A stretch of DNA of 64,000 nucleotides from the NCBI RefSeq assembly GCF_036321535.1, contig NC_087436.1, positions 22,818,001 through 22,882,000 on the forward strand, in the 5' to 3' direction. The notes below the pieces were generated by a model. That model was not told the origin of the DNA and ran no database searches. It was given only the letters and a program-made list of their open reading frames with translations. Positions 51,376 through 63,830 of this stretch are shown here, in pieces. Position numbers and translations under genes: made by a program. Every line of letters starts with the position of its first letter. Within the stretch, counting starts at the first letter, position 1. This DNA comes from Camelus dromedarius. Taxonomy: Eukaryota.

Positions 51376-53984
51376 GTAAGCGGCCCCGGCGGGCACGGGG
51401 CGGGGTAAGGGGAGCCGGCGAGGATGGAGGCACCGAGAAGGATCCAGCGCCTGCCTCTTAGCTCCTTTCTGGGAGGTCTGTGCTTTGCGAAAGACGCTTC
51501 TCTGTGCCCTGGACCTACTAAGTTTTCTATACGTCACTTCGTGGGGCTTCCAAAGACCGACTGCTTTGGGGGGAACCAGGGAGTGTGTTCCGATTAGCCT
51601 AGCGCCACTTGGACGAAGGTTGCCCGAGGTGGGCTAACTTTTCCGAGGAGGATCTGGAAGGTGGGGTTTGGGGGCCAGGGCTCGGATGTTCTTCTCCGCT
51701 AGTGACCGACCCCGCACCTGTTTGGAACCCGTAGATCTGATAACTCAGCTCTGCACTTAGGTGTGTGCATCCGGTATAGTCCTGATGCCGGCGTTTGTGT
51801 AATCAGGAGGTGGGTAGGGTTACTAGTGCTGGCGCTCACCACCACCAACTTGCTCAAGTTGGGTTTCAGCTCTTCGTGGGAGATTAAGAGTCCTCCCGCC
51901 CCCCCCCTCCGGCCACCCGCTGGGTTGACGCACGTCACAAATAATACTGAAAATCCTGTGCTCTGCCAAGTTGTCATCCGGAGAAGCTAACGGGCGGGCA
52001 CGATGGTAAATAATAACAATCCTCAACAAGCCGACAAGAGCATGGTGGCCATAAAGTTATGCCTACTTTTCTAGTATCGCGTTCTCCTTTGCCTGCTTGG
52101 GAGGTTAAATATGCTGAAGGTTTTCTTAATGGCAAGAATGAGATTACAGGCTAGAAAGAATAAGCTTTTCTTGATAATCTCAGTGTGTCAGGACTAGAAA
52201 CACACAACTGCCCTAAAACTCGCTGTTTACCCGTGTGCCTGATGTAACAGTGCCTCCGTGGTAGGAACAACAACAAAGTCCTCTCCAGGCTTGTCAGCAT
52301 AAGCATCTCGTTTTAGCAGCCTTGCCCCCTCGAGTCCAGGGTCGCTTCTTGTTTCTGTGCACTGGAGAACCTATCTAGCCCTCCTTCCCACAGGGGTTGC
52401 TGGGTTGAGGGTGTGGCATCCAGAGGGAAAGAAGGGAATAGAAGCGACAGATACATTTTCCAACTGGAGTCACCTAATCAAAGGCTTGATTTTCTTTAAA
52501 AGCCAGATTTTAATAAACAGTTATGCTACTGAAATGGAGTACCCAGTTTTGGCCACATGGGGTGGGGGTGCATTCTTTGGGGACAAGTTTTCATTCTGAG
52601 AGCTCATGTCACCTATTAAGGAAATATACAGTTAGTTGGTTTGCGGTTTTAGACATGGAACTTGTCCAGCCTAACACAAACAGGTGGGCTGGGGAAAGTT
52701 CAATGCTTCAAACACGCAGGCCAAAAATAAGACAGTGCATTCATTAAAGAAGAGGAGGAGAGGCAGTTAACTCCTTAGAAAAGTTAGGGTAGAGCATTGA
52801 GGAACATTTGATATACTTTCTTGAGCTCAACAGTCTTGTAGGAGAAAAGATTGCACTCTGACCTTGAGTCATAGACTAGGAGCACTACTTAAACTTTATG
52901 ATACTCAAGAATTTGGAGGACTATGGAAGGGCACTTTAAGTCATGTAAAGTATCTTTAAAAGCATTTAATGTCTAAACCTCAAAGGGAGTGTGAAGGAGG
53001 GGTTTTTTTGGTTGTTATTGTTGTTGTTCTTTAAATTCCAAAATCGTTAGCTGACTTTGCAGATCCTTTAAATGTTTCTTTGTGCATAAGCATGAAATCC
53101 TAAACTCGTGGCTTTGAATACAAGAGGCATCGTTTATTCGTGTCTAAAAAGGTTCTCCAGAACTGCCAACACGTTGGATCAATTAATGGCTTGCCTGTTT
53201 TTTACAGAAAGCAGTAAGCTGATTTTCCACAGAAATGATACTTGACTAAGACAGAGTGGGAATCAAGAAAGGGCTTATTAATAATTCAAAAATTAGACTA
53301 AACAACGTCAAGGAAATTCTCTACTATCTAATTGTTCTGTTTCCAAAAATGTGTTAATGTTCTGTCTGCTAGTAGCCATGAAGCTTCCATATTCTCATTT
53401 GACAGGCTGCACATTAGGAGACTGGCTTCACTTTGGTCAGAGATTGCATTGATTTCTGCTAAAATCTCATTATAAGGAGATACATGACCCTGTAGTGTGA
53501 CAAACGTCTCACTTAGGACTTCTGCCTGAATGTGAAACTGTGCCAGCACTAGCCTGGCTGTCAGTGTCTTACACTTAGCTCCAGTACTTGAAGACTTTAC
53601 TTTTTCCAGTCGAATTTAGAAGTCTGACTCAAATTTATCTTAGGAAATGTCCAGTGTACATTTTAGATGCTAATCAAATATTCTCATTTTGTCAACATGG
53701 CATGCAATATATGAGAGGAGCCTTACATTTTGAACTGTTTAGCTCAGAGTCTCCAAAAAGTTTACGTCAGCATTTGCATTTTTTTAAAAAAAATCTCACT
53801 TCTCCTCTAGATCCTTTATTTTCAGAACTGATAGCTTTCAGATGAGGAGAAAGTCTGAATTTAGAGTTGTGCAATCCACCATGTAATATCTATGCATTTG
53901 GGGTGATGTAACCCCAACACATCCACTGTCTTGAAATTCAGTTAAATAGCAATCATTTCCCCTTTAATATATCCCTTCTTTTAA

Positions 53985-54235
53985 AAAAATTTTATTGAAG
54001 TATAGTTGATTACAATGTTATGTTAGTTTCTGGTGTACAGCAGAGAGAATCAACTATATAAATATATATATGTACATATATATTTTTTTTCAGATTCTTT
54101 TGCATTACAAATATTATATATATAGTTATTACAAGATATTGAATATAGTTCCATGTGCTATACAATAGGTCCTTGTTGTTTTTTTATACTTAGTAGTTTG
54201 TATCTGCTAATCCCGGACTCCTAATTTATCTCTCC
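53985..54235 (-). mobile_element. Short L1 3' end
   Basis: ttttattgaagtatagttgatt...gctaatcccggactcctaatttatc. Confidence 0.9.
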
Positions 54236-54389
54236 ATGTAGACTTTCTTTCCGATTTTTTTTTCCATGCATATGATTTTGGGCTTCTGACACTTCTGCAA
54301 TTGTGCTTTCTCATTCACAAATACACAGAATCTCCTGGGATAGACTAGTAGTTTTAGTTTGTAACCAGTTTTTAAAATCTCTTAAAAAG

Positions 54390-55112
54390 TACGACAGCCT
54401 TATTGGAGAGTTCATGTATCATACAATTCACTCATTTAAAGTATACAGTTTAACAGCGTTCAGTGTACTGACAGAGATGTAGGACCCTCACCACTGATTG
54501 CAAAAAGAAACCCAGTGTCCATTAGCAGTTTACTTCCCAGCCCTAATGAACCACTAATCTACTTTCTGTCTCTCTGTATTTGCCTGTTCTGGACATTTCA
54601 TATGAATGGAATCCAGTAATATGTGTTTTTCTGTGACTGGCCTCTTTCCCTTGGCATAATGTTTTCAAGATTCGTCAGTGCTGTAGTGGATATCAATACT
54701 GCATTCCTTTTTGTTGCCAAATAGAATTTCATTGTATGTATTTACCACATTTTTAATTTCATCAATTAATGGACACTTAGGTTCTTTTCACTTTTTGGTT
54801 ATTGTGGATACTGCAACTGTGAACATTCATGGACAAGTTTGTGTGCTGACATTTATCTTGGTTATATATCCAGGAGTGAAATTTCTGGGTCATATGGCAA
54901 TGCTGTGGCTTAAATTGTTGGGTAACTACAAGATTGTTTTCCAAAGAAACACATCATTTCACATTCCCTCCAGTAGCGTATGGGGGCTCCGATTTCTCCA
55001 CATGCTCATCAGCACTCATTGTCATCTACCCTGGATTCTGGCCATGAGGTTGTGAAGTGGTGTATTCATTGTGGCTTTCAGGTTTTCGTGTGCATTTCTT
55101 TGATAACTAATG
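54390..55112 (-). mobile_element. L1MB-type 3' region
   Basis: accactaatctactttctgtctct...ttctggacatttcatatgaatggaatc. Confidence 0.85.
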
Positions 55113-55127
55113 GTTACTTTTAGAGGC

Positions 55128-55345
55128 AGTTTGGAGAAGTGGTAAATCAGGATCGTAGCCTCTAGCCAACCACTTGCATGTGTGTCCTGGCTCTGTTACT
55201 TTTCGCTGCGGATCTGTGAGCAAGTTACTCAGCCTCTCAGGACTTCAGTTTCCCCATTTGTGAAATGGGGGAACCTCAGCTGGTTGTTATGGGCATCAAA
55301 TGAGTTGATCCATGTATGTGCTTATGATTGTAGTTGGAACATAGC
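55128..55345 (+). mobile_element. MIR SINE
   Basis: gagcaagttactcagcctctcaggacttcagtttccccatttgtgaaatgggg. Confidence 0.8.
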
Positions 55346-56271
55346 TGTCAGTACACACTAATCTTTGTAAGCCTTGTGCACAGTGACACACAGGAGCCAC
55401 AGCGTGGATCACCAGACCCCCAGGGCTCCCTGAGGCCCTGGCAGCCTGAGGAAAGAGCTGTTTATCCTCTCCTGCTTTAAGGCCAGCGCCACCATGCCAA
55501 TTTCTGCTTGTTGCTTCTGTGATTTAGAGACAGGGTGTCCCAGCTCTCTCCGATGGTCGGTGAACGTTCGAGGATTCTCCTGTTACATTTGTGCTTTCTC
55601 TTGGCTTAAGCTGAAATCTTATCAGAGCAATATAAGAGTTATCTATATATTGTTTATTTTTAGTTGTATGATAAACACGTAGATCTGTAAGTGTATGGTG
55701 GTGGTAAGTGTCTCAGTTGTGATGCTAAAGAAATAACTGATGCATTTTCTTTTTTCCTCTTTTGAAGAGTGTGTTTGCTGTCTTTTTTCTATGGCTAGGA
55801 CATAGTTAAAGGGAAAGGAGGAAACTAAACATCTGTCTTGGAAGAACTTTTGAGAGACTGGGTTCTAACAGTACTGTTGGGAGTAAGATGGGGGAAGGAA
55901 AGAGATGTCACAGTCACCAACCAGAAAACAAGCCCAGCCTGTGGCGAGGAGGAGCCCTGGGTGGGGTGTAGCTCATATGTTCTAGAACTTCTCCAAGGTC
56001 GGAGGGGAAAACGTAGGAGGTGTTCTGAGGCTCTTTCCTGTGCAAGTGGATGCTGAGATTTTAATTCATAGGTTCATGTTACATTTACTTGAACTGCTGA
56101 AGTCTACCTTTGCTTTAGTCTCTGTGAAGAAACTAGCTGCTAAATATATATATGTATTTTTTTTTGCAAGACTTGTATTTTTCAGAACATGTATGTGCAG
56201 TTTTGTTTTACATTTTCCTTAAGTAATATGTTTACTTTAACTCTCAGCAGAGTCATCACCCTCTCTTTGGG

Positions 56272-56515
56272 TGGTAATAAGATTGCCTGAGTGGTGCTAA
56301 CTCTGTGTCACGCATGTTGTGAGTACTTTATGTGTATTATCAGTGCATTTAATTCTCACAGCAACACTGAGAAATAGGTACTGTTATTAGCTCTGTTCAC
56401 CCGAGGAGGAAACCAAGGCCTAGACGGGAGTTGCCGTGGTCATGCAGGTGGTAAGTGGTGGGGCCGGGCTTGCCAACCCGGGCGGTCTGTCTCCTGAGTC
56501 TGTGCTTGTAGCTGC
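56272..56515 (-). mobile_element. MIR SINE
   Basis: atttaattctcacagcaacactgagaaataggtactgttatt...gaggaaaccaaggc. Confidence 0.8.
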
Positions 56516-56689
56516 TGCTGCCCTTACCTGCTCAACTTGACAGGAGACTGTCAAAACTAGATGTGGACGGTGATGACTTGATGGTGGATACGGGAAGTGA
56601 TGTGAAGCTGATGCCGATTTCGAAATACTTCAACATGTCTATCCGCCGAATGCACATTGGCTCGCAGACTGCATTTTTGTGATAGGAGA

Positions 56690-56845
56690 AATGGGACCTT
56701 GTGTTCGGGGCTGTCCTCCTCCAGACCGACCTCTGATTAACCATCTGGCTTTGGTCCGTCACTTTCTATTCTGGGCCTCAGTTTTCTCACTTATAAAATG
56801 AGAGGTTTGGATTAGTTGAGCCCTAAGAGCTATTTAAACTCTGCA
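56690..56845 (+). mobile_element. MIR/MIR3 SINE
   Basis: ctgggcctcagttttctcacttataaaatgagaggtttggattag. Confidence 0.7.
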
Positions 56846-57134
56846 GTTTATTCCCTACATATTCAAAAGGCAGGATATTTTTACTTAAATTCAAATTTCT
56901 CATTTCTCATCAGAAAATCTGACGAGCGGGGCCTGTGTTCCTGCCAAACAGGGGCTGGGCGTTTAGATGAGCAATGTGCCCGTTATGTGGCCCGGGGCCC
57001 CGTCACTACTTATGGCCTGGCTCTCGAGGCTTGCTCGACTCCCACGTGCCCCCTGCCTCCACCCTGAGGCTTATGTATTTGGAAACTCAGCTCTATGGAG
57101 TCAGACTAGGGTTAGTGAGGAGAAGTTATAGAAA

Positions 57135-57315
57135 GCAGACTTGATTTAGGCAAGAGAAGGAATTCATAAAGATAGAACTGTTGAGAAATGGAAGAGGTTT
57201 TCTCGGGAGGTGAAACTTTCTCTTGCTTCAGGTGGAAACCTAACACAGGACTGATGCACAGAGTTGCGAGTGGTGATGACTGAAGGGCCTTCCCAAGCCT
57301 GAGAGCCTAGGAGTC
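57135..57315 (+). mobile_element. L3/CR1 3' end
   Basis: aagatagaactgttgagaaatggaa...gatgactgaagggccttcccaagcctgagag. Confidence 0.5.
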
Positions 57316-57349
57316 TCTGTCATTTAGATATTTAAAAAATATTTCTCTT

Positions 57350-58108
57350 CTTTTTTGATTGAAGTCTAGTTGATTTGCAATGTTGTGTTAGTTTCTGGTG
57401 TACAGCATAGTGATTCAGTCATACATACATATATAACTGTATATTCCTTTTCCTATTCTTTTTTGTTATAGTTTATTACAAGGTATTGAATATAGTTCCT
57501 TGTGCTATACCATAGGACCGTGTTGTTTATCTAGTTTATATTTAGTAGTTTGTGTCTACTAATTCCAAACTCCTAATTTATCCCTCCCCACACTTCCCCC
57601 TTTGGTAACCATAAGTTTGTTTTCTATGTCTATGACTCTTTCTGTTTTGTAAATAAATTCATTTGTGTTATTTTTAAAGATAAGTGATATCATGTGATAT
57701 TTGTCTTTCTCTGTCTCATTCACTTCACTTAGTGTAATAATCTTTAGGTCCATCCATGTTGCTGCACATGGCATTATTTCAGTCTTTTTGTGGCTGACTA
57801 ATATTCCATTGTATAAATATACCACAACTTCTTTATCCAGTCATCTGTTGATGGATATTTAAGTTGCTTTCATGTCTTGGCTATTGTAAATAGTGCTGCT
57901 GTGAACATTGGGGTGCATGTAGCTTTTTGAATTAGAGTTTTATCTAGATGCATGCCCAGGAGTGGGCTTGCTAGATCATATGATAACTCTATTTTTAGTT
58001 TTTCAATGAATCTCCATACTGTTTTCCATAATGGCTGCTCCAAATTACACTTCCACCAGTAGTGTAGAAGGGTTCCCTTTTCTCTACATCCTCTCCAGCA
58101 TTTACTAG
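57350..58108 (-). mobile_element. 5'-truncated L1 (ORF2 C-terminus plus 3'UTR)
   Basis: Minus-strand ORF 57870-58130 KCWRGCREKGTLLHYWWKC; L1 3'UTR motifs. Confidence 0.92.
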
Positions 58109-58116
58109 TAACATTT

Positions 58117-58222
58117 CTTTTTTTTAACATTTTTTATTGATTTATAATTGTTTTACAATGTTGTGTTAAATTCCAGTGTAGAGCACAATTTTTCAGTTAT
58201 ACGCAAACATATATATATTCTT
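58117..58222 (-). mobile_element. About 100-bp L1 3' tail of a different subfamily
   Basis: ttttttattgatttataattgttttacaatgttgtgttaaattccagtgtagagcac. Confidence 0.7.
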
Positions 58223-59859
58223 AATGGCCTCAGTTTACCTTTCATTTTTCTCTGAAGATGCATATAGACAAGTTATTATTTGTGCTTGGTCTTAATTTCC
58301 CAGGCCAAAACAGTCTCACTGACCCCACTTAGTATTTATTTATTTATTGGGCACTAAACTGTATCTTTTCACCTGTCTCTCTACTGGCAGACAGATATCC
58401 AATAAGCCAGGAATTCCAGAGTCTGTTATTAAAAGCCATAATTCAGCATCAATCTTAAATAACATTATTGGCGGTGTAACTTAATATTGTCTGGGCATTT
58501 CAAGAAACTGTATGGTTTGTTCACTCATTTCAGGTTGTAGAAATACATAGCTGGGGATTTGGAAGGAATCTTACCTTTTATCTTCTAATCTTTAGTAAGA
58601 ATTCCATCCTCATCTCTCCTGATGCCTTTGTTCTTAAAAATCCCCTGGCTTCTCAGAAAGGAAGGAGTTTTATGACCATGAAATATAGGAAAGTTCAGAA
58701 AGAACCTAAGGCTTTGTAACTGTTCTTTTAGTTTTTCAGAAAGGACTGATTATGCTTGTTGTAATGTTAATTTGTTTGGAAACCAGTCTCTACTTTTAAA
58801 AAGGAAGACCTTCACCAGTATTGTTGCATTTTTGGACATAAAACTTGGTATATGAAGAACTTAATACTTTGATTGTCCCTGAAAGTCTTCAGTTTATCCC
58901 CTGAAGAGATTCTTCATCTTGTACATACTCAAAGAAGGACCTTTACTTCCTACTGAGTGAGTGAAGTGATGCTGGAATTCTTTGTGCTTGAATGTAAATT
59001 GAGAGTTGCTAAATTTGAATTAATATGAATAGAATTTGAGTTCCGTTTTATCTCAGGTGTTGAGGATTTTGTTGGTAATATAAAAACCCAGAAAAATAAG
59101 GTAGCCTTGAGTGATTGTCTACTAAGCTGCAATTATGGTGGTTCTATTCAGTGGAAATCTTGTCTATAGGTATACTATAATCTTTTATTTTAAACTTTGG
59201 CAGTTTCACTTATGGTAGAATAAGTATGCTTTACATCTATTCTTTTATTTTTCCTGTATGAGAGGAAAATTAAATTTCTTTTACTGCCTCAAAAGCATTG
59301 GTTATAAATTGATTTCTACAAGCATCATTTAAAAAATCTTGTCTAGTCGATAATTATACTGGTATTTAGAAAATCTTTTCCAGTAGAAATAAGCATCACT
59401 TGTCATAAAATTAAAGACTATGTATTGGATTGTTAGGCTTTTCCATATTCAATCTATGAACATATATTTCATAATAGAGATTTTTTTTTAAGTTAAAAGT
59501 GTTTTTGCATTAAATATATGACATATTCTTTCCAGGCAAAGATATATAATGAGCATGTATATTAGGTAAGATCCAGGAAATGTTTGCTTTCTTAACCAGT
59601 TCAACCTGGTGTCTCTCCATCATAAATGTTTTTTTTTTACACACACAGTCCACATAAGAACTACTGAAAAGGCAAAGATTTGAAGTTTTTCAGAGGTATT
59701 GTCTATGTACATATACAGATACCTTTTTTCCATAAATATTTATTTTTCCCAGTCCTAACTTTCCAAAGAAGATATTCATGGGGTCCTTCTGTAGCCAAGA
59801 ACCTACTATGCTGCATTCCAAATGACCCAAAAGTAGTGGAAGAGAAAAGTCGTTTTCTC

Positions 59860-60190
59860 CTTTATTTCTCAAGGCACTTGGAATGTTCTTCCTCCAGATA
59901 CCCCTAGACTGGCTGCCTCTCCAGGGTCCCCTCTCTGTGACTTCATCACTGAGGCACTCCCTAGTTACTCTCTTTGGCAGCACCCCTCCCCCTTCCCATC
60001 CCCAGCACACCCTGACCCTCTAACTGCTTCATTTCACTCAAGCTTAGTGTGTCTCCTCCCACCAGAATGTAAGCACCACAAGAAGCAGTGCTTTTAGACA
60101 TTTTTTGTTCATAGTAAAGTTCCCAAAGCCTAGATTGGTCCCTGTTGCATGGGAAGTGCTCAGCATATCTTGTTAAGATCTGTTAAATAA
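59860..60190 (+). mobile_element. L2 3' region
   Basis: ttggaatgttcttcctccagata...ccagaatgtaagcacca. Confidence 0.7.
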
Positions 60191-60975
60191 GGCTGGAAAG
60201 ATGGATTATGTTAATATGTTAGCCTCTGATTTCATGAAAAAATATTCCATGACACTAAAAAATTTGTTCTTAGCTTTTGACTTATGTAAATGAGGTCAGG
60301 GAGCTTCTAATTTGAGTCTCCCATTAAGGTAATTGAGTCATCCTGTAGGATGTGGCATGAAGTGGGTGCCTGGTTCACACCCTTCATCTCAGGAGAAAAA
60401 AGACATACTCATGACAAACAGGAGGACACAGGGTATCAAAAAGAATTGTGACCAAACACAATTTTACCCATATGTTTATTGTCCCACAGTTTTAATATAT
60501 ATATGTGTGTGTGTGTATGTGTGTATGTTTTAAAATGAAAGACATATGCCTCAGAGAAAATTTTGAAAATACTAAATATTTAAAAGGAGAGGAAGATAAC
60601 CATCAACAACTCACTCACTCACTCACTCAACTCTTGTATTTTTTTTTTTTCATTCTGCGGATACATGTTTACTTTTACCAGACTGGGAATGTATTACATA
60701 GGTTTTTGTAGCTTTCTTAAATTTATAGGCACATGTTGAAACATCCTTGATGTTTGTATGATTCCACTTTTCCCCTACATAAACAGTACTGCTATAAACA
60801 CCCTTATGTACGAAAAATGGGTGCATATCCATGATTCCTTTCCCAGATCAAGTTCCTGAGTATGGCACTAGTAAGTCAAAGGCTATTCACGTGAAGCTGT
60901 AGAGCAGATTTTTTTTTTAGAAGTCCATTTAGTGATGTCACCCCGATATATGTCACTCCCTAGTTTGGCTCTCCT

Positions 60976-61116
60976 TTGCTTGCTTTTTCTTTTTTAGCGG
61001 GGAGGTAATTAGGTTTACTTATTTATTTGTTTTTTGGAGGAGGTACTGGGGATTGAACCCAGGACCTCGTGCATGCTAAGCATGCACTCTACCACATGAG
61101 CTATCCCCTCCCCCTA
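60976..61116 (-). mobile_element. Full-length vic-1-like tRNA SINE
   Basis: Reverse complement ggggaggggatagctcatgtggtagagtgcatgcttagcatgcacgaggtcctgggttcaatccccagtacctcc...aaataaataagtaaacctaattacctcccc; TSD gctctcct at 60968-60975 and 61117-61124. Confidence 0.9.
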
Positions 61117-61339
61117 GCTCTCCTGTGAGGAACAGAGAGCATCTTTCAGCCGATGGTGCTGCTGTGGGGACCTAGGACTGGCTTTCTGCATCCCTTTGCT
61201 CCAAGCTAGACTAGTTTGGCAGCCGGGGCAAGACACTGAAGATGGAGAATCAAAAAGGGGAATAAAGCCTCAGTGACAGAATCACCAGGCTCACAGCTGG
61301 TGAAACCCCCATTGTTTCCCTGACAGTCGTTTGTGTCTT

Positions 61340-61480
61340 GGGGACAGTAAGTGCACATTGAACAGGGAATTAGGAAACTTGGGTTTCATTTGTGAGTCTG
61401 CCTCAAATTGGCTTTACCGTTGGTAAGTCACTTCCCCTCTCTGGGGCTCATTTTCTTTCACTTGAAAATGATGAGCAGGA
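61340..61480 (+). mobile_element. MIR SINE
   Basis: ggtaagtcacttcccctctctggggctcattttcttt. Confidence 0.65.
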
Positions 61481-61508
61481 GGTTCCTGGAGGGGAACTTA
61501 GTTTCGAT

Positions 61509-61670
61509 CAGTGATTCTCCGTCCTGGCCGCCCATTAGAAAAGCCCCGGGAGTTGAAAGATGTCAGATGCCCAGGTCCCACCCTTAGAGATTCTGATGTA
61601 ATGTGTGTGGTGGAGGGACGGGACTCTCCACATGATTCTGATGTGCGGCCGGGGTTGACAGCCACCACAT
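61509..61670. mobile_element. MER5-like DNA transposon
   Basis: cagtgattctc...cagatgcccaggtcccaccc...agagattctgat...tgattctgatgtgcggccggggttga. Confidence 0.75.
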
Positions 61671-62529
61671 GGGGTGAGTCTTAAGTCTTCCTCTGCTGTG
61701 CCATCCCACTGTTCTTTATTAATTACTGAAAGAAATAGTGTTTTTTCCTTTGATGATGTCAAAATCCTACATGAAAAAAAAATGACTTTTAAATTTATTA
61801 ATTGTAATGATGAAAACGATGGTCTGTACAGTTAAGTAGTACCTCAGGACACAAATTAGGAGTGACTCACTGAGAAGCACCAGACTTTGGAAACTAGTGA
61901 GAAGACAAACAAATGGCAAACACTGCAAGTGGAGGAAAGCATGCAAACTTCTGGAAAATAGTCAAGGAGTACAATAATGAGTCAGAAATGATTAGACATT
62001 TTGACTGAGTTGGGCAGAATTTCACTGATGTGCTAAATGTTCGTTATCTCAACTGCAGACCTCTGGCATAAGAGGTAGCAATCCCATGATAGTTTTATCA
62101 AGTAGGGAGGACCCCATTTTGCTCATCATGGTGGTCATTACCCAGTTTGGGGGGCAGTATAGGGTGGTGGTGGACAAGATGATTCTGGTACACAATTGAC
62201 CTGGGTCTGAACACTGGTAGAGTCACTTGCCAGGGAGACATAAGGCAACATCAGGCTAGAGATAGGAGTTTGAAGTCATTCAGTCAGGAGAGTGAGACTC
62301 CACCATTCTACAATGTGACTACAGTGGTGAAGGAGCCTCCAAGACTTGGGTCCTGCTGGGCGGAGAGGGCCTGGAAGCTCCAGGACCCAGCAGTTAACCC
62401 AAGCCTTCACCTGTGAAACGAGCCTCACGTGGCCCCATCAGAGCTGCTGTGAACTCTTACACTCCAGACTGCAGCAAAGGCGCAGCTCTGAATGTTGAAT
62501 ACATGTTACCTCTAATTATGGTCAAGAGA

Positions 62530-62960
62530 AACACGATTCAGAACCGGATGACATCTTACCACCTTTATTATCACCCACTGATAATAGCCCAGCCATCATC
62601 TTCTCAGCCTGGATGGCTGCTGTCACCTCCTGCTGGTGACCAGCTCCCATGCCCGCCCTGCAACCTGTTCCCCAGACAGCAGACAGAAGGAACTTTTGAA
62701 AAATCAAAGGACATTACTCCCCTGCTTAAATCCTCCAGGGCCTTCGTATCATGCTCAGAACTGAGTCAGGATTCTTGCTGTCACCCCCTGGGTCTGACCT
62801 GATTTGGTCCCTGCCTCTTGTCCACATTTTTTCCCAAACAGGCTTCTTCTCACCGCTCTCCATCCCTCTTGTCTCCTCGCCAGTCCTCAGATACGCCCAA
62901 CCTGCTGCTACCTCAGGGCTGTGGCACGCTTTTCCCCCCAGTTTTTTGGATAGAATTACT
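62530..62960 (+). mobile_element. L2 fragment
   Basis: cccagccatcatcttctcagcctgga...actcccctgcttaaatcctcca. Confidence 0.7.
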
Positions 62961-63182
62961 GTTCACACAGCAGACATCTCTTTATGCTTCTGCAGTATGT
63001 GAAAATGACTCCCAAACCAGAATATCTGGGTAGGCATTTATTTCTCTTTTATTGAACCACCTTTTTTTTTTTAAGATTCGGTATGCTCTTTTACCCCCTG
63101 TACGCTGAGGGAAATATCTTCCGGCAAAGAGTAATTACAGAACAGAAAGACACAGATGTAGACAACACATTTAAGATTACAG

Positions 63183-63425
63183 GTTGGGGGGGAGTAGGGG
63201 GATAAACTAAGAGTTTTGGATTAGCAGATACACACTACCATATATAAAATAGATAAACAATAAGGTCCTACTGTATAGCACAGGAAACATTCAATATCTT
63301 GTAATAACCTATGATGCAAAAGAATATGAAAAAGAATATATATGTATATGTATAACTGAATCACTATGCTGCACACCAGAAACTAACACAACATTGTAAA
63401 TAAAATATACTTCAATAAAAAAAAA
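63183..63425 (+). mobile_element. Short L1 3' end
   Basis: gggggataaactaagagttttggattagcagatacacactac...tacttcaataaaaaaaaa. Confidence 0.9.
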
Positions 63426-63649
63426 CATGGAGTTTTATTACTCACGTGAGCAGGGAGAGTTACCCGTCACCAGCGTCAGTTTTTGCTGGTTTCCTGTGAT
63501 ATTTACCTGGCTCACCCCTCCATAGTATTCCTGATCTGCTTAGTTGCCCTTTCCTCTGAGCTTTTCTGGCCTTGTTAAAAAACTTCATCTGCTGCCCATT
63601 TTCTCTTCCCTTGTTCTCCCTTCTTTTTCTTCATAGCTCTCTCACTATT

Positions 63650-63830
63650 TGAAATTTTTATATTATTTCTTTCATTCTTTTACTTGATGACTGTCTGTCA
63701 CCCCTATAAAATATAAGCTGCACAAGGGCAAGCAAGGTTCTTGTCTTGTCAACGGCTATATTCCCAGAGCCTGGCAAGTAAAAGGTGTCCAGTAAATATT
63801 TATTGAGAATATGGGTGGATAAGTAAATGG
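63650..63830 (+). mobile_element. L2 3' end
   Basis: aatataagctgcacaagggca...cccagagcctggca...agtaaatatttattgag. Confidence 0.7.

Larger units (their letters stand above)
50230..51470 (+). promoter_or_regulatory. RNF150: CpG island covering the RNF150 promoter, 5'UTR and exon 1 (weaker CpG tail to about 52020)
   Basis: Very GC- and CpG-dense, GC boxes, overlaps the first coding exon. Confidence 0.93.

Noticed and set aside
50067..51433. Long antisense and overlapping ORFs in the CpG island (275, 192, 151 and 328 aa)
   Set aside because: Low-complexity Pro/Arg/Gly/Ala translations expected from stop-poor GC-rich DNA; no recognisable domain.
51376..51461. ORF continuation KRPRRARGG...PAS after MPHAG
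   Set aside because: Lies beyond a consensus CAG|GTAAG donor, so it is intronic.
61037..61114. tRNA-Ala-like sequence (also at 1671 and near 18650)
   Set aside because: It has a SINE 3' tail and TSDs and occurs as diverged copies, so it is a SINE head rather than a tRNA gene.
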